A stretch of 63,890 nucleotides of DNA, filler included, from Octopus bimaculoides (taxonomy: Eukaryota), in the NCBI RefSeq assembly GCF_001194135.2. It is 10 parts of 10 records of this genome, joined end to end, with 100 filler letters (N's around TTAATTAATTAA, not from the genome) between each part and the next. Parts side by side here need not be neighbours in the genome. Positions count along the whole stretch, not along the records: positions 62,442 to 63,890 come from NW_026386875.1; 9 more parts are not named here. One strand, given 5' to 3'. The notes beneath the pieces are model-generated. The model was not told the DNA's origin. It saw only the letters and a list, made by a program, of their open reading frames with translations, and did not search any database. Every line of letters starts with the position of its first letter. The stretch's first letter is position 1. Shown here one piece after another: positions 62,993 to 63,890 of this stretch. The position numbers and the translations under genes are program-made.

Positions 62993-63410
62993 AGTGAAGT
63001 CACCAGGTAACTTGCAAGACAAGACCCCTTCAAGTGAGGTGGGAGTAATATTGAGGGAGAGAAAGACGTCTCGCATTAGAAGAAAGACATGGCTTCCTCA
63101 GATGGAGAAAAGAACGAGGAGAGAAAGATGGTGAAGATGTGATAGAGAGAGAGTAGTGGCCCTTACACCCAAGTTAGAGGGTGATGTATATAGTGGGGTG
63201 GACTGGAGATAGAAGATGGGTAGGCAGGTGAGTTCACAAGATTTCAAAAGGAGAATGGTAGCTAGAAGTGGTGAAGAACAGAAGGGATTTCACAGCTGCA
63301 TATTATGTGTAGATAGGTAAGTGGACACATAAGGGAGAATGGTGGTGATAAGTGAAACCACAGTGGTGAGCATGGGTGGATTGTAGGAGAGAGAGGGTGT
63401 CATGGACATG
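62993..63410 (-). mobile_element. 3' UTR region of the adjacent RTE LINE
   Basis: Directly downstream (minus strand) of the RTE ORF end; pyrimidine-rich on the coding strand. Confidence 0.55.
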
Positions 63411-63890
63411 GATCTTACTTTGCTGGGCAGGTCATTTCAAGCACAGCATATCACCAGTAGTCTCAGTCCTTTGTCATCTCTGTTAGGCTCAATATTTGAA
63501 GATCATTTCTCACCACTTTATCACATGTCTTCCTCTTCCACAGATTCCCTTCATATTTTGAGATTGGCACTTCTTTACACAGCTGTCCTTGTCCATATGC
63601 ATCACGTGACCAAACCAGTGCAGTCTTCTCTCTGGCATACTACATCTGATGCCTCTTATACCCAATTTTTCTGTCAAAATATTTACACTTTGTTGTACAT
63701 GCAGAGTGCCATTGCACATCCAGCAGAGCATGCTGGCATCATTTTTTTTTCAAGCCTTCACATGTCCTCTGCAGTCAGCCCATGTTTTTTTGTCATGTAG
63801 CATAGCTGTCTGTACACAGGCATCACAGTTTACCTTTCACTCTGAGGGAGAGGCCCTTAGTAACCAATAAAGGTAACAGTTCTCTGAACT
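63411..63890 (-). pseudogene. RTE-clade LINE ORF C-terminus, decayed
   Basis: MLCWMCNGTLHVQQSVNILTEKLGIRGIRCSMPERRLHWFGHVMHMDKDSCVKKC...CGRGR matches the RTE RRLRWxGHVxRM / GRGRP region. Confidence 0.85.

Overview
AT-rich, microsatellite-saturated metazoan genomic DNA from a gapped draft assembly. The SINE/LINE repertoire and repeat style look like an octopus genome (inference, not verified). About a fifth of the window is N gaps, including nine artificial 100-bp N44-TTAATTAATTAA-N44 joins, so adjacency across them is uncertain. Nearly all listed ORFs are microsatellite or gap artefacts. Supported protein coding: (1) one 105-bp minus-strand KIF6-like kinesin exon carrying the P-loop (14284-14388); (2) a plus-strand gene whose large exon (48311-49732, 5' end lost in a gap) encodes 12 complete and 1 partial tandem six-cysteine VWC-N/pacifastin-like modules with a 444-bp higher-order repeat, followed by a tiny terminal exon (KQQYG-stop, 50464-50481) and AATAAA. 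Mobile DNA: many tRNA-derived SINEs; RTE, CR1-like and R4/Dong-like LINE fragments; Tc1 and mariner remnants; piggyBac-like and Merlin-like MITEs; a Helitron 5' end. The most notable non-coding signal is a set of hammerhead-ribozyme motifs. One is an apparently intact type I hammerhead with a long extended stem I (8467-8593) in a ~338-bp direct-repeat unit, next to a ~324-bp tandem carrying two decayed hammerheads (a retrozyme-like cluster). Others are a minimal hammerhead inside a 173-bp foldback element (1361-1533) and a back-to-back inverted pair at ~61.7 kb. All RNA structures were paired by eye and none has been tested.
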